The position numbers and the translations under genes were made by a program. This document shows positions 28,296 through 38,625 of a stretch of DNA of 38,625 nucleotides, in pieces. How positions within the stretch are numbered: the stretch's first letter is position 1; each line of letters begins with the position of its first letter. The DNA comes from Thelocarpon superellum (lineage: Eukaryota), in assembly GCA_026025795.1 (NCBI GenBank), contig JAPEUG010000003.1:124001-162625 (forward strand), in the 5' to 3' direction. Below the pieces are notes generated by a model. It did no database searches and had not been told where the DNA came from. It saw only the letters and a program-made list of their open reading frames with translations.

Positions 28296-30395
28296 ATGGA
28301 TAGCAGCCAGCGCGCGCAGAACCTGGGTTCCCAGCCCGACGACGGCGTCATGTCGCAGCCTCTTCAGCGTGCACTATCGTCGCCAGTCCGCTTGGCCTTT
28401 GAAGATGAAGGCGTCCCGTCCCTGACTGACAACTTCGCCATCACCCACGACACGAGACGTCCGCTCAGCTTGCCCTCCGTGCCGACCATCCAGGAGCAGC
28501 GCTCCGACGCGGCGCCGCCATCGCCTGCCATGACTCTGAACGACCGCTGGGGCTATCGTCCCGTGCGTGGCAACGCCTGGGCCCAGGTTGAAGAGGAGGA
28601 TGTGGCCTCGGCTTCCATCGAGTACCATGAGTTCTTGAGATCTCCCGGCAAGACTCAGCAGCCAGGTAGGTCGCTGCAAGCCCAGTCGTCTCCTCGCAGG
28701 ATGAGCACTTTGTCGACCGCATGTGGAGCGTGAGATCTCTCGGTCGGGCGAACAAGGACTGACGCCTTTGAACAAACAGCCATCCGGGTGAACCTGCCGA
28801 CGACCACCACGGCCAAAGTGGATCGACGCAAGCAGCAACCCATCCGACCGGCCACGCCGCTGGTGCCAGTGCCGGGCAAAGGACCAAGTAAGGTGCATGG
28901 CAAGAATCGTAACGTCACCGACTCGATCCTGCCAAAGCCCCTCAAAGTCTCCCCCAAAGTGAGTGGGTCCAAAGGTAGGGCGGAACGTGCCGCAACGACT
29001 CACTCGAGCTCCAACGCGGCGGCCACGGGCTCTGTGCCCGTGGTGCGCGCGTTGGACGGGCCGTCGCAGTCCGGGACCAGCATGGACCCGCGTCCGGTGC
29101 GATCGACTCCGGGACCCGAGGGGCGGGGATCCCCGCTCCTGAATGTGTTCGCGCCGAGCCCGGGCGACGATCTTTCGGAGAACGCCAGTGGCCGGGTCTC
29201 GTCCGACCGTGACCACTTCTCGCGCCCCGACGCGATCGTGATGGGAGATGGCCGCCTCTCCCCGACCAAGTCTGGATCGTATGGACGCATGGGGACGGTC
29301 CAGGTCACGTCTGGCGACCGAGTGCCGAGCATGGCGGGGGTCTTGGGCCACGTGGGACATTTTGACATGGGCCATCCGTCGCCGAGCAGCATGTACTCGG
29401 ACGGGCTGCACATGGTGAGTGCTCACCCTCTCCTCGAATGCCCACCGCTCTCGTCTCATTCTCGTCATTCGCAGGGGCCGCCTGTCCCACCCAAGGCCAC
29501 CTTCCTTCATGCCCTAGAGAGCCGGCAGCTTGACTCGCGCGGCAACAGCACGGCGAGCATTCCGGTCATGTTCCGTGGTCACGCGCACGAGATTACGTCG
29601 CCAGGTCCGGGCGACCAGGTCTTTCACCCGACCCCCTTTCTCGACACGGTGCCACCGCCGGCCGAGTTCCGTGACAGCCTCACGTTCGAACAGAACCTCG
29701 TCGCCCTCATCATGGGAGTTCATCATCATCTGGATCAAGAGACCGGCCAGCTCACGCACAGCCTCAACAACAAGCACGATGCCGTGATGGACCAAGTGGC
29801 TCGTCGACATGAGAAGGCCGTGGTCACTGCAGCCGCGTGGGTCAAGGAGCTCGGCGATCGACTCAGCGTGCTTGAGAAGGGCATGGATCGAGAACATGGA
29901 GCGGCCCAAGCAAAGAGCGGCCTGGTTGAGAGCATGGTGAGGAAGCTGCACGATGAGCTACACACGCAGGCGGACGAACACCAGAGTAGCTTGAAGGCGA
30001 CCCTGGAGGGCTTGAACAGCAAGACCGAGCAGGTCCTCTCCGGTCTGGAGATCTTTCACCGTCGCCTGGATCACCTCGAAGCTCGCATGGATGTTACTCG
30101 TTGCCATTGTTTCGACACCGGCGGCGGTGGGCCCGGCCGCAACGCCTTTGCCAACGGCAACCATGTCAACCATGTCAACCATGTGGTGCCGCCACCTGTA
30201 GGTCGAAGTAACGGTGATCTTCGTGCCCATCCGGCGATGGTGGGAGGCTTCCCACACTCACCCGCTGGCATGCCGCCGGCACCGCTCACTGGGCCTTCGT
30301 CTCACCACGGTCATCATCCGCGTCAGCAAGGATTCCCCCCGCTTTCCCACGGGAATTGGTATCAGCAGGCCACCTTCCACCCGGAGCCTCGCTGA
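28296..30395 (+). CDS. Hypothetical protein, disordered N-terminal two-thirds plus coiled coil; exons 28296-28665, 28780-30395
   Basis: Two same-frame ORFs are joined by a phase-1 intron 28666-28779 (GTAGGT...CTGAC...CAG) that removes the TGA at 28731. Heptad-like segment VHHHLDQETGQL...LDHLEARM. Confidence 0.7.
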
Positions 30396-31243
30396 GTTGG
30401 TCGGAGAAGTGCCCAGGCCGGTCATCGCCAGAACAATCTCAACAAGGCACAGACACAAATCAGGGTCGGGCAGTGGTTTGGATGGCGATGGGTGGCCCAT
30501 GCACATGGACCTTGGACAAAATGACGCCGCTGCAAATATCAGGACGTGGGACACTTGGTGTGTCGACAGGTCGGGTTGGCGGTGGATTGGTGGTAATTCT
30601 TCCGAGAGTTGGTCTGATGGCAGTTACAACCCTCAAACTAGAACACAACGTAGCGTTAGTGGCGACCACTCACAATAATGCAAGCGATTGAAATGACCGA
30701 CGCGGCATCCCTGGGCAAGATCCTCGTACCGAGCCACAAGCGCCGCTACGAGGGCAAACCGAGCGCCAGTTGTCCCTGGAGTAACCGGGCTGATCTCGCT
30801 TGATCGTTATCATATCTTCGGTGGCCGCCGGTGCCGAGCTCGCCACTAACATAGTATAACCTTCGTCACCGCCATAATTACGTCGCACAACTTCACACTT
30901 TGATGGTGGGGCCCAGGACCGAGCAGTGTACGGGATACGAGGACCACCCGTGATACTGGCGCTCACGTAACATGGCAACCAAGAGCGAAACGTCTCAGCT
31001 GCGGCTCCCCGATAAGGCGATCCCGCTGTTGGATCGAGCGAATCTCAAACTTTTCATGGACTTTGACCGGGCGTGGAGCATCCCGTCGACATAGCCCAAC
31101 GTGGCACTTCTGCAGGAGGCCGTCGGTAAGAACGAGTCATGCGTGCAGCCATCTGGTCTACACGCGGCTGATGAATCCCCTGCGTCCGTCTAGCTTTGCA
31201 CAAGCTCCCCAGACGCTCGGGCCGACCCGGCCCTGGCGAGGCC

Positions 31244-33179
31244 ATGAGCCCCGAGGAGCATGACGGCGTCTCCTCCACCGGGGGGGAAGAGGATATTCCT
31301 GCAGGGGTACAGAGGGTCGAAGCAGTGAGCTTGACATGGACGACGTGGGGATTGGTGCTGGCATATATGGGGTGGGCATGGGCGTTGTGGTCAGAGTCAA
31401 CTCCGGGCTGACTTCCTCGCAGCATCTTTCTCATGGCCTTTTGCACGTCGCTTGAAAGCCAGACCGTTGCCTCTCTCTCGGTCTACGCCACCAGTGCCTT
31501 CAAGGAACACTCCCTGATCTCGGTGGTGTTGGTGGTGCAGGGAATCGTCAATGGTAGGAACGGTGCCCGACGCCTTCATCGCTAGGGAGCTGACAGTGGA
31601 GGTAGCGGTGATCAAGCCGCCCATGGCCAAAATAGCGGACGTCTTTGGGCGGCTGGAGTCCTTCAGTCTGGCCGTCGTGCTATATGTGCTTGGTTATGCC
31701 CAGATGGCGGCGTCAAGAAACGTGGAGACGTACGCCGCTGCCCAGATCTTTTACTCCGCCGGATCGACGGGCCTGCAAATTCTCCAGCAAATCTTCATCG
31801 CCGACACCAGCGACCTCTTGAATCGTGCTCTCTGGGCGAGTCTTCCCGACGTGCCTTTTCTTGTGACGGTCTGGATCGGCCCGCCAATGGCGCAGAGCAT
31901 TCTGCAGATCCTGAGCTGGCGATGGGGGTATGGCATTTGGGCCATCATTCTTCCCCTCACCTTCCTTCCCTTGGCCGCTTCCCTCTTTTTCAATGCCCGG
32001 AAAGCATCACGGCTGGGGCTCATGCCGCCCAGATCGTGGAAGAACCAGACGGCGATGGTGATGGTGACCAGCCTGTGGGTTGACCTGGACATCATGGGGC
32101 TACTACTCCTGTCTGCGGCGCTGTCGCTGATCCTCATCCCGCTCAACGTGGCGGCGTTGGCGGCCAGCGACTGGAGGAATCCAGGCATCGTGGTCATGCT
32201 TGTGATCGGCGTCATCTGCCTCGGCATCTACCCACTGTGGGAGAGTAATCCGCGCCTGACGCCCAAGCCCTTCCTCTCCTTGCGACTGCTGAGAAACCGT
32301 ACTATGCTCGCGGGTTGTGGACTCGCCTTCTTCTACTTCAGTAGGATTCCCTGACGCGTGCTCTCCGTGGCCGGACCGCGCTGACCAAGCATAGTGGCCT
32401 TCTATCTCTCGGTGCAACCATATTTCAACTCTTATTTACAGGTCGTCCGCGATGAAAGTGTGGCCGCCGCCGGACAAATTACCCAGATCTTCTCCTTCAC
32501 TGCCACCATTGGCTCTATCATCATCTCGCTCTTCATCAAACACACGGCACATTACAAATATTACGTTGTCGGCGGATCGGCGCTCTATCTCCTAGCCATC
32601 GGACTGCTGGTCCGGTATCGGACGGAAGACAGCTCCACGTGGCAGATCATCGGCACTCAAATTACCTTGGGCCTAGGGGGCGGGATGTTGCACGTCCCGG
32701 CCCAGCTAGGGGTCCAGGCGTCCGCCCGGCATAGCGACGTGGCCGCCGCGACCGCCATCTTCCTGACCTTCCTCGAGGTGGGCGGGGCGGTGGGCGCGGC
32801 AATTTCTGGAGCAATCTGGACGTCACAGTTACCACCCAAGCTCCGGGAATATCTCCCGGAGCATGCCAAAGACCAAGCTCAAGCCATCTTTGCCAGCTTG
32901 GCCACGGCGCGTTCATTTCCCGCGGGCAGCCCGGAACGCGACGCGATCAACCAGGCATATCAAGAGACGATGGCAACTCTCCTCACCATTGCGCTCGGGG
33001 TCTGTGTGCCTTTGATCCCCCTGTCGCTGCTGATGAAGAATCATAAGCTTGATGAGATGGACCAGCACGTCAAGGGGACCGTCATCGGATCCCTCAGCCG
33101 CACCGCCTCCCGCCGCGGTGGCATTCACGCCCGTCTGATAGACGACGAGGGCCATGCTCACACTCCCGGCTCCCCGTGA
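31244..33179 (+). CDS. mirC: Siderophore-iron MFS transporter, MirC type (SIT/ARN family); exons 31244-31371, 31423-31553, 31606-32340, 32395-33179 (true start uncertain)
   Basis: AGVQRVEAVSLTWT, IFLMAFCTSLESQTV...YATSAFKEHSLIS, VIKPPMAKIADVFGRLE, AQIFYSAGSTGLQILQQIFIADTS and SPERDAINQAYQET. The IFLMAFCTSLE motif matches what I recall of Aspergillus MirC. Confidence 0.88.
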
Positions 33180-34333
33180 GATTCTTGAAGATGGCGGTGT
33201 TCAAGTCGACATTCAGCTCGCCGTTACGCATCGCACGAGGTCGTAAGGACGAAACATGTGCAAAATTGAAACGGCAAACGCGGCGTTCTGGTGCGAGGTT
33301 TACGGGTGCAGTCATCCAGGGGCACGTAGAGGGCACTTCCACGTCATCAGGCTAGCCGCATGAATGTGGTCATGGCATCAATGCAGGAGTGGCCGGTGGG
33401 TGTGGTCCGGTCACCATCCCCACGCCAGGGACGAGTATGAGGTATATGATCATTCATCGTGGTGGCGACATATACGACGCATCCGACGAATTTTGGATGG
33501 ACGATGAAGAAATTCCCGCGCCTGACCGGCGCCTTATGCCGTGGTGCAGCTGGCTGCCGAGCCTTTGGTCGGTAGTTGCGGCCACGCACCCTCCACTTCT
33601 TCAGAATAGATGGAAAATTTGCGAGGCGGCCACGGGCGCGATCCGAAAAACGATGCAATCGTCAAGCGAACAGCCCCAGATTTTGGCTAGAAGGCTAGCG
33701 TCCATTATGGGCGGAGTGAAGGAGTGGCGGAGGAGGGACTCAACACGCACTCCAGGGCATGAGGGAGTGGGCGGGCCCCCAGGGTGAGGCAGAGTGAGGC
33801 AGGACAGATCGGGGAACAAGTCACCAAGCCTGCTCAGCCCGTAGCCTGCCACGGAGCACTGCTTGAGCCATTGCGCGAGAGAAGAAGCGAGCAAACGAGC
33901 GGACCGCACAGCCTGGCCTAGGTGCGAGTTAACTATGGCCAGGCAGCCGAGCTAAACCGGGACCCGGACGAGGCACAAAGCAAAGAACCCGCACACCCCC
34001 AACTACTAGTACCATACTGCTTGTAACTCCTCTGCGTAGTCGGCCCACCAGCGCTGCGACCCAGGCATCTCGCACACCTGGTCCGAGATACTTACCCTTT
34101 TGGCATGCCCGTCATTCATGCTCGTTTCCACCAGGCTGAACCGCGCTGCATCACGCTGCACCTCTCCACTGGCGAGGTCGTCGTGATCGCTTGATCCGAT
34201 CGCCCGAACTCTCCACGACGCAATCTCGACGCACCGGCAGAGCTCACCCATCCGACCGTGTCATTCTCTTCTCATTGACCCGCGCCGCATCTACTTCCAA
34301 CTCTCTGCGCGCAAGTGCGTCTGCCTTGACAAG

Positions 34334-35266
<933 letters not shown>

Positions 35267-36088
35267 CCGATACCCCAACTCTTGTACGCTGGCCGGGCCT
35301 GGCGGTTGACCACCGTGGACACGTGAGGGCGTCCCACCGGGGGCTGGCTCTACAACATTCGTAACCCCTTGCGTCCCCATCTACGGCTTGTCTGCCGACC
35401 AGGGACAAGGGCATGGAAATCATCCAGCGGTTGGATATGTCCACCAAGGCGGAGTCGAAGGCCCGCCCTAGGCGCGTCTCTATCGACAGGGGTAGAGTCT
35501 GCTGGTCTTACCGATGATTGTCTTTGCTCCCTGGCTCTTCTCCTCAAGTGCGGTGATTAGGAGCCCTTTTCTCGTTGTTCGGACTCTCTTCTCGGCGCTC
35601 CATGGTATAGCGACGGTTTGGTGCTTTGAAGTGGTCTCCAATTTGCGTGGACCCCGCCCGTGCGATCCAGAGTGAGTTTTAAAGCCATCAAGCACATCAT
35701 GGATCTCCGGTGAATCCGAGAGGAGATGCCCGATATCGTAGAGAGTGACGAGTCGCGATGTTTCCTTTCTGAGTCTGTCTAGCTCTGTAGCCCTTTCTCG
35801 CAAGTAGATGCTTATCGTGATTGCAGGACGGTCTAATCTCACCGCAACCGCAGATGCTCGTAGACGTGCTTTTTTGAGGGACAAAACTGGCCTGATGACT
35901 TTCGAAGAATTCGTTTGTGTTGAAGTGCTGAACGTCAGGAGCTCCAAGACTGCGGATATCTTCCCCATTAGCAGGATCCGCTTACTTCCCGACGCAGCAA
36001 CACCTCAGTCACTTCACCGCTGTTTTCGTTTTGCCGTAGAGTACTTGACCCTTCGAATACCCCGGATGGAAGAAGGGAATTTGCTGCG

Positions 36089-36949
36089 ATGGATCAGCCT
36101 CGTACTTCCGCTGCCTTGATAAGTACGGCCACGACCACACTCCTTGACGATCATTTCTGCCCCTCTGAATCTGCCCCTTCGACCCGCTTCCACCATTTCA
36201 AAATAGCGTGCAGTATTGGAGGGCACATTCTCACTCAGTCAAGAGCTCATTCGGACGGTCGTCGGCTAACCCTCGTCTAACGATAGATCGCAGTAAGATT
36301 GGCATCACGCAATTACTGGTGCGATTCGAGAACCTCGTTGCTTTGGCTCCTGTACGTCTGCCCCCCGTTGAGCTCTCCTTCCAATTCCCACTTCCTGCGT
36401 CCTGGCCTCTTAAATGACTACGTTCATGGATCCTCGTGTTCCCCAAAGCTGCCAGGCCAATCGATTCTTTCGCGCTCTGCTGACACCGGTGGTACGCCAA
36501 ACAGACGGCCGGCAAGGATCAAAACATCGCCGCGGTCGATACGTATCAGATCGAAGTGGAGACGGCTGCACTGGTATGTGTGAAGGCTTTCTCTCCACCA
36601 ACGTCTTCCTACAATGAAGACCATATTCAACGTGCTTATGGGATCTGTACCGCATCTTGCACCTGGCCAACGATTACCGGCACATACTTTTGGACTTCAC
36701 GATTGTCTCCCTACATTGCAAAGAAACCCAGCTAAACCGGGACTGCATGCTCAGGTTCGGTCGGTTGAAGATCTACTCACACTCACCCGCGAGCTCAAAG
36801 AAGCATGGCTCTTCGGGCAGCTAGATACCCTTGGTAAGGGCAGCCATGTCGCGCCAAAGCTGGAGGACGATGCTCGGGCGGTTGGGGAGATGCTAGCACG
36901 ATTGCTAAAGGCCAGGGAGAGCCGCGGCGGTCATGCCAGTAGCCCCTGA
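36089..36949 (+). CDS. MED22: Mediator subunit Med22 (Srb6/Surf5); exons 36089-36122, 36287-36351, 36505-36573, 36755-36949
   Basis: Spliced product MDQPRTSAALINRSKIGITQLLVRFENLVALAP-TAGKDQNIAAVDTYQIEVETAAL-VRSVEDLLTLTRELKEAWLFGQLDTLG matches the Med22 pattern. Three frame-consistent GT-AG introns. Confidence 0.88.
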
Positions 36950-37384
36950 GAGGGCGAGACGCAGCGGATCGAACTGGGCGTTAGATCGATGGAAGAGGGC
37001 AGATTGCTCTTGAAAGGTCCAGGAATGCGATGAATTGGAGGATCGTCACGCACGACATAAGACAGAGTCTACGCTGAAGATGGCCTTATCCATTAGACGT
37101 GAATTTAAGTCTATCAATGTTCAGCTTTCAGCGAAATTCACCCGATTCTAGGACGAACTTGCAGAATTGGATGATTGGATGATCGGATGATTGGACCAGA
37201 AGTCAAAAGATGAACACTTGTTGATGTCTCGTGAGTGGGCCGGATGCATCGTACTTTGTATTCGTAGCAGGAGTTGGCGAGGACGGCCATAGGGATCTGA
37301 TCTGGCTCCGGCCCTACTCCTGTCCTCCTTCATCGCGGCACCGCACATTCTTTCCTTGGGTCTCTTACTCCGTTGGTCCACCAA

Positions 37385-38017
37385 ATGTCTCTTCCTCCCC
37401 TCACGCTCATCGTCGCGGCGACGGTCAACAATGGGATCGGTCGCGCTGGATCTCTCCCTTGGCCGACCCTCCGTTCCGAAATGGCCTACTTTGCTCGCGT
37501 CACCAAGCGTGCCCCCATGGCGTCACAGGTCAACGCGGTGGTGATGGGGCGCAAAACATGGGAAAGCATTCCCACCAACTTCCGACCCTTGAAAGGCCGA
37601 CTGAACGTCGTGGTCAGTCGCAAGCCCTCGGACGACGTGATAGGCCCTCAGACTGGGGCGGCGTCCCCACCCCACAATATTCTCGTCGTGGCCGGACTGG
37701 AAGAGGGTCTACGGCAGCTCGGCAGCCGGCCCGAGCTTGGCCGCGTCTTTGTTATCGGTGGCGCCGAAATCTATCGTGCGGCCTTGGAACTACCGCAGAC
37801 AGTACGAGTGCTCCTTACGAAGATCAAGACGGACTTTGATTGCGACACCTTTTTCCCCGTAGACTTGGGGGAAGACGCGTCGCGCACTGGTCAATGGCGA
37901 AGGAGCTCGACCGAGGAACTAAAGGCATGGGTGGGGGAGGCGGATTTGGATGGTACCAAGAAGGACGGCGAGGTCGAGTTTGAATTCTGCATGTTTGAGC
38001 GCCGAGATACCCCTTAG
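37385..38017 (+). CDS. DFR1: Dihydrofolate reductase; intronless
   Basis: LTLIVAAT..NGIGRAGSLPWPTLRSEMAYF, NAVVMGRKTWESIP..FRPLKGRLNVVVSR, VFVIGGAEIY and FDCDTFFP. Confidence 0.97.
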   Translation: MSLPPLTLIVAATVNNGIGRAGSLPWPTLRSEMAYFARVTKRAPMASQVNAVVMGRKTWESIPTNFRPLKGRLNVVVSRKPSDDVIGPQTGAASPPHNILVVAGLEEGLRQLGSRPELGRVFVIGGAEIYRAALELPQTVRVLLTKIKTDFDCDTFFPVDLGEDASRTGQWRRSSTEELKAWVGEADLDGTKKDGEVEFEFCMFERRDTP

Positions 38018-38301
38018 ATTGTATCAGCCACATTTGTACGAAGCATATCTCCAGCCTGTACAGAGAGACGGTCGGGGTCCTTCAGGTGGGAGACCCCTCT
38101 GCAACGATGCTGTTCGGGCTAGGCGATCTGCGCTCTGGTTGCCGAAGGTCGGATGAGTACCCCGCCGTAAACACTGGCTCGAGCTCCGCCGACGACGCCA
38201 TATTCATCCTGCCCTCAAGCCGACGGTCTTTGGGACTTCAGTGAAGCGCTGAACATCGTTGTAGGAGAGGCCAACCCAAGAGCTTGCACCTACTGTCAAG
38301 C

Positions 38302-38625
38302 ATGCAGTCCGGTATTCGAGGTATGTGACGTTATTGGTGCTACTGTTGGTGCGCCTCCAATACCGCCAACGCTGACGCCTTATGAAGCCTCACAGGAGCT
38401 CTTACAGGCCTTCAACGATCTCGTGTCCTCACCCTCTCAGCGTGGTCTGATCGTTGACATCCGAGATGAATGCTTGGTCCCCATCGAGAAGATTCCCTCC
38501 TCCTCCTCCTCCAACACCTTTTCGTCCGATCTCGCCGCCGTGGTGAATCTGCTCAAGGACGACGTGGCGGCCTACGTGATTCTTCGGCGCTACCCGAATG
38601 CTCCCGATGGATACGTCGCCGTCAC
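38302..38625 (+). CDS. TWF1: Twinfilin (ADF-H actin monomer-binding protein), 5' part, truncated by the window end; exons 38302-38320, 38388->38625
   Basis: MQSGIR|ASQELLQAFNDLVSSPSQRGLIVDIRDECLVP...LLKDDVAAYVILRR. The MQSGI.AS.EL start is typical of twinfilins. Intron 38321-38387 (GTATGT...CTGAC...AAG). Confidence 0.82.

Noticed and set aside
28731..28733. In-frame TGA between ORFs 28296-28733 and 28788-30395 as a readthrough, Sec or pseudogene signal
   Set aside because: A canonical phase-1 intron 28666-28779 removes it and preserves the frame.
33180..34333. Short ORFs (33389-33787, 33347-33658, 33601-33909) in the 1.15-kb gap before CDC42
   Set aside because: No motifs, no consistent splice structure and no codon bias; better explained as mirC 3' UTR plus CDC42 promoter/5' UTR.
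35891..35939. Hairpin CCTGATGA...CTGAACGTCAGG resembling a SECIS element or box C/D snoRNA
   Set aside because: Too short for a C/D snoRNA (about 49 nt, box C lacks the purine). Helix II and the apical AAR of a SECIS do not form, there is no in-frame TGA selenoprotein nearby, and ascomycetes are not known to encode Sec machinery.

Overview
This is a gene-dense, GC-rich (roughly 58-60% by eye) stretch of a filamentous ascomycete (Pezizomycotina-like) nuclear chromosome with short GT-AG introns and CTRAC/CTCAC branch points. I reconstructed 23 protein-coding genes by hand-splicing, plus one intron-containing tRNA-Ala(CGC). In order they are: MAPEG/MGST3-like, maltose O-acetyltransferase-like, STE14, NFKBIL1-like, NSRP1/CCDC55, PRCC, AVO1/Sin1, a divergent NIMA/NEK-like kinase, CBP3, TIP41, Aurora kinase, ATP23, PRO1, a candidate sororin, tRNA-Ala, a BTB protein, a Cys-rich GPI protein, a family X DNA polymerase, an orphan coiled-coil protein, a MirC-type siderophore MFS transporter, CDC42, MED22, DFR1 and the 5' part of twinfilin. 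I found no mobile element, CRISPR array or secondary-metabolite cluster; this is mostly core housekeeping DNA. The best leads are a hypothetical protein with a KEN box and a sororin-type C-terminal motif, and a tight trio of intronless genes whose animal homologues are all speckle/spliceosome factors. Weaker leads are unusually long MED22 introns (one structured), an in-frame uORF/TAG ahead of mirC, and tandem repeats at nearly every convergent gene junction. All family calls come from recognising motifs, not from database searches.
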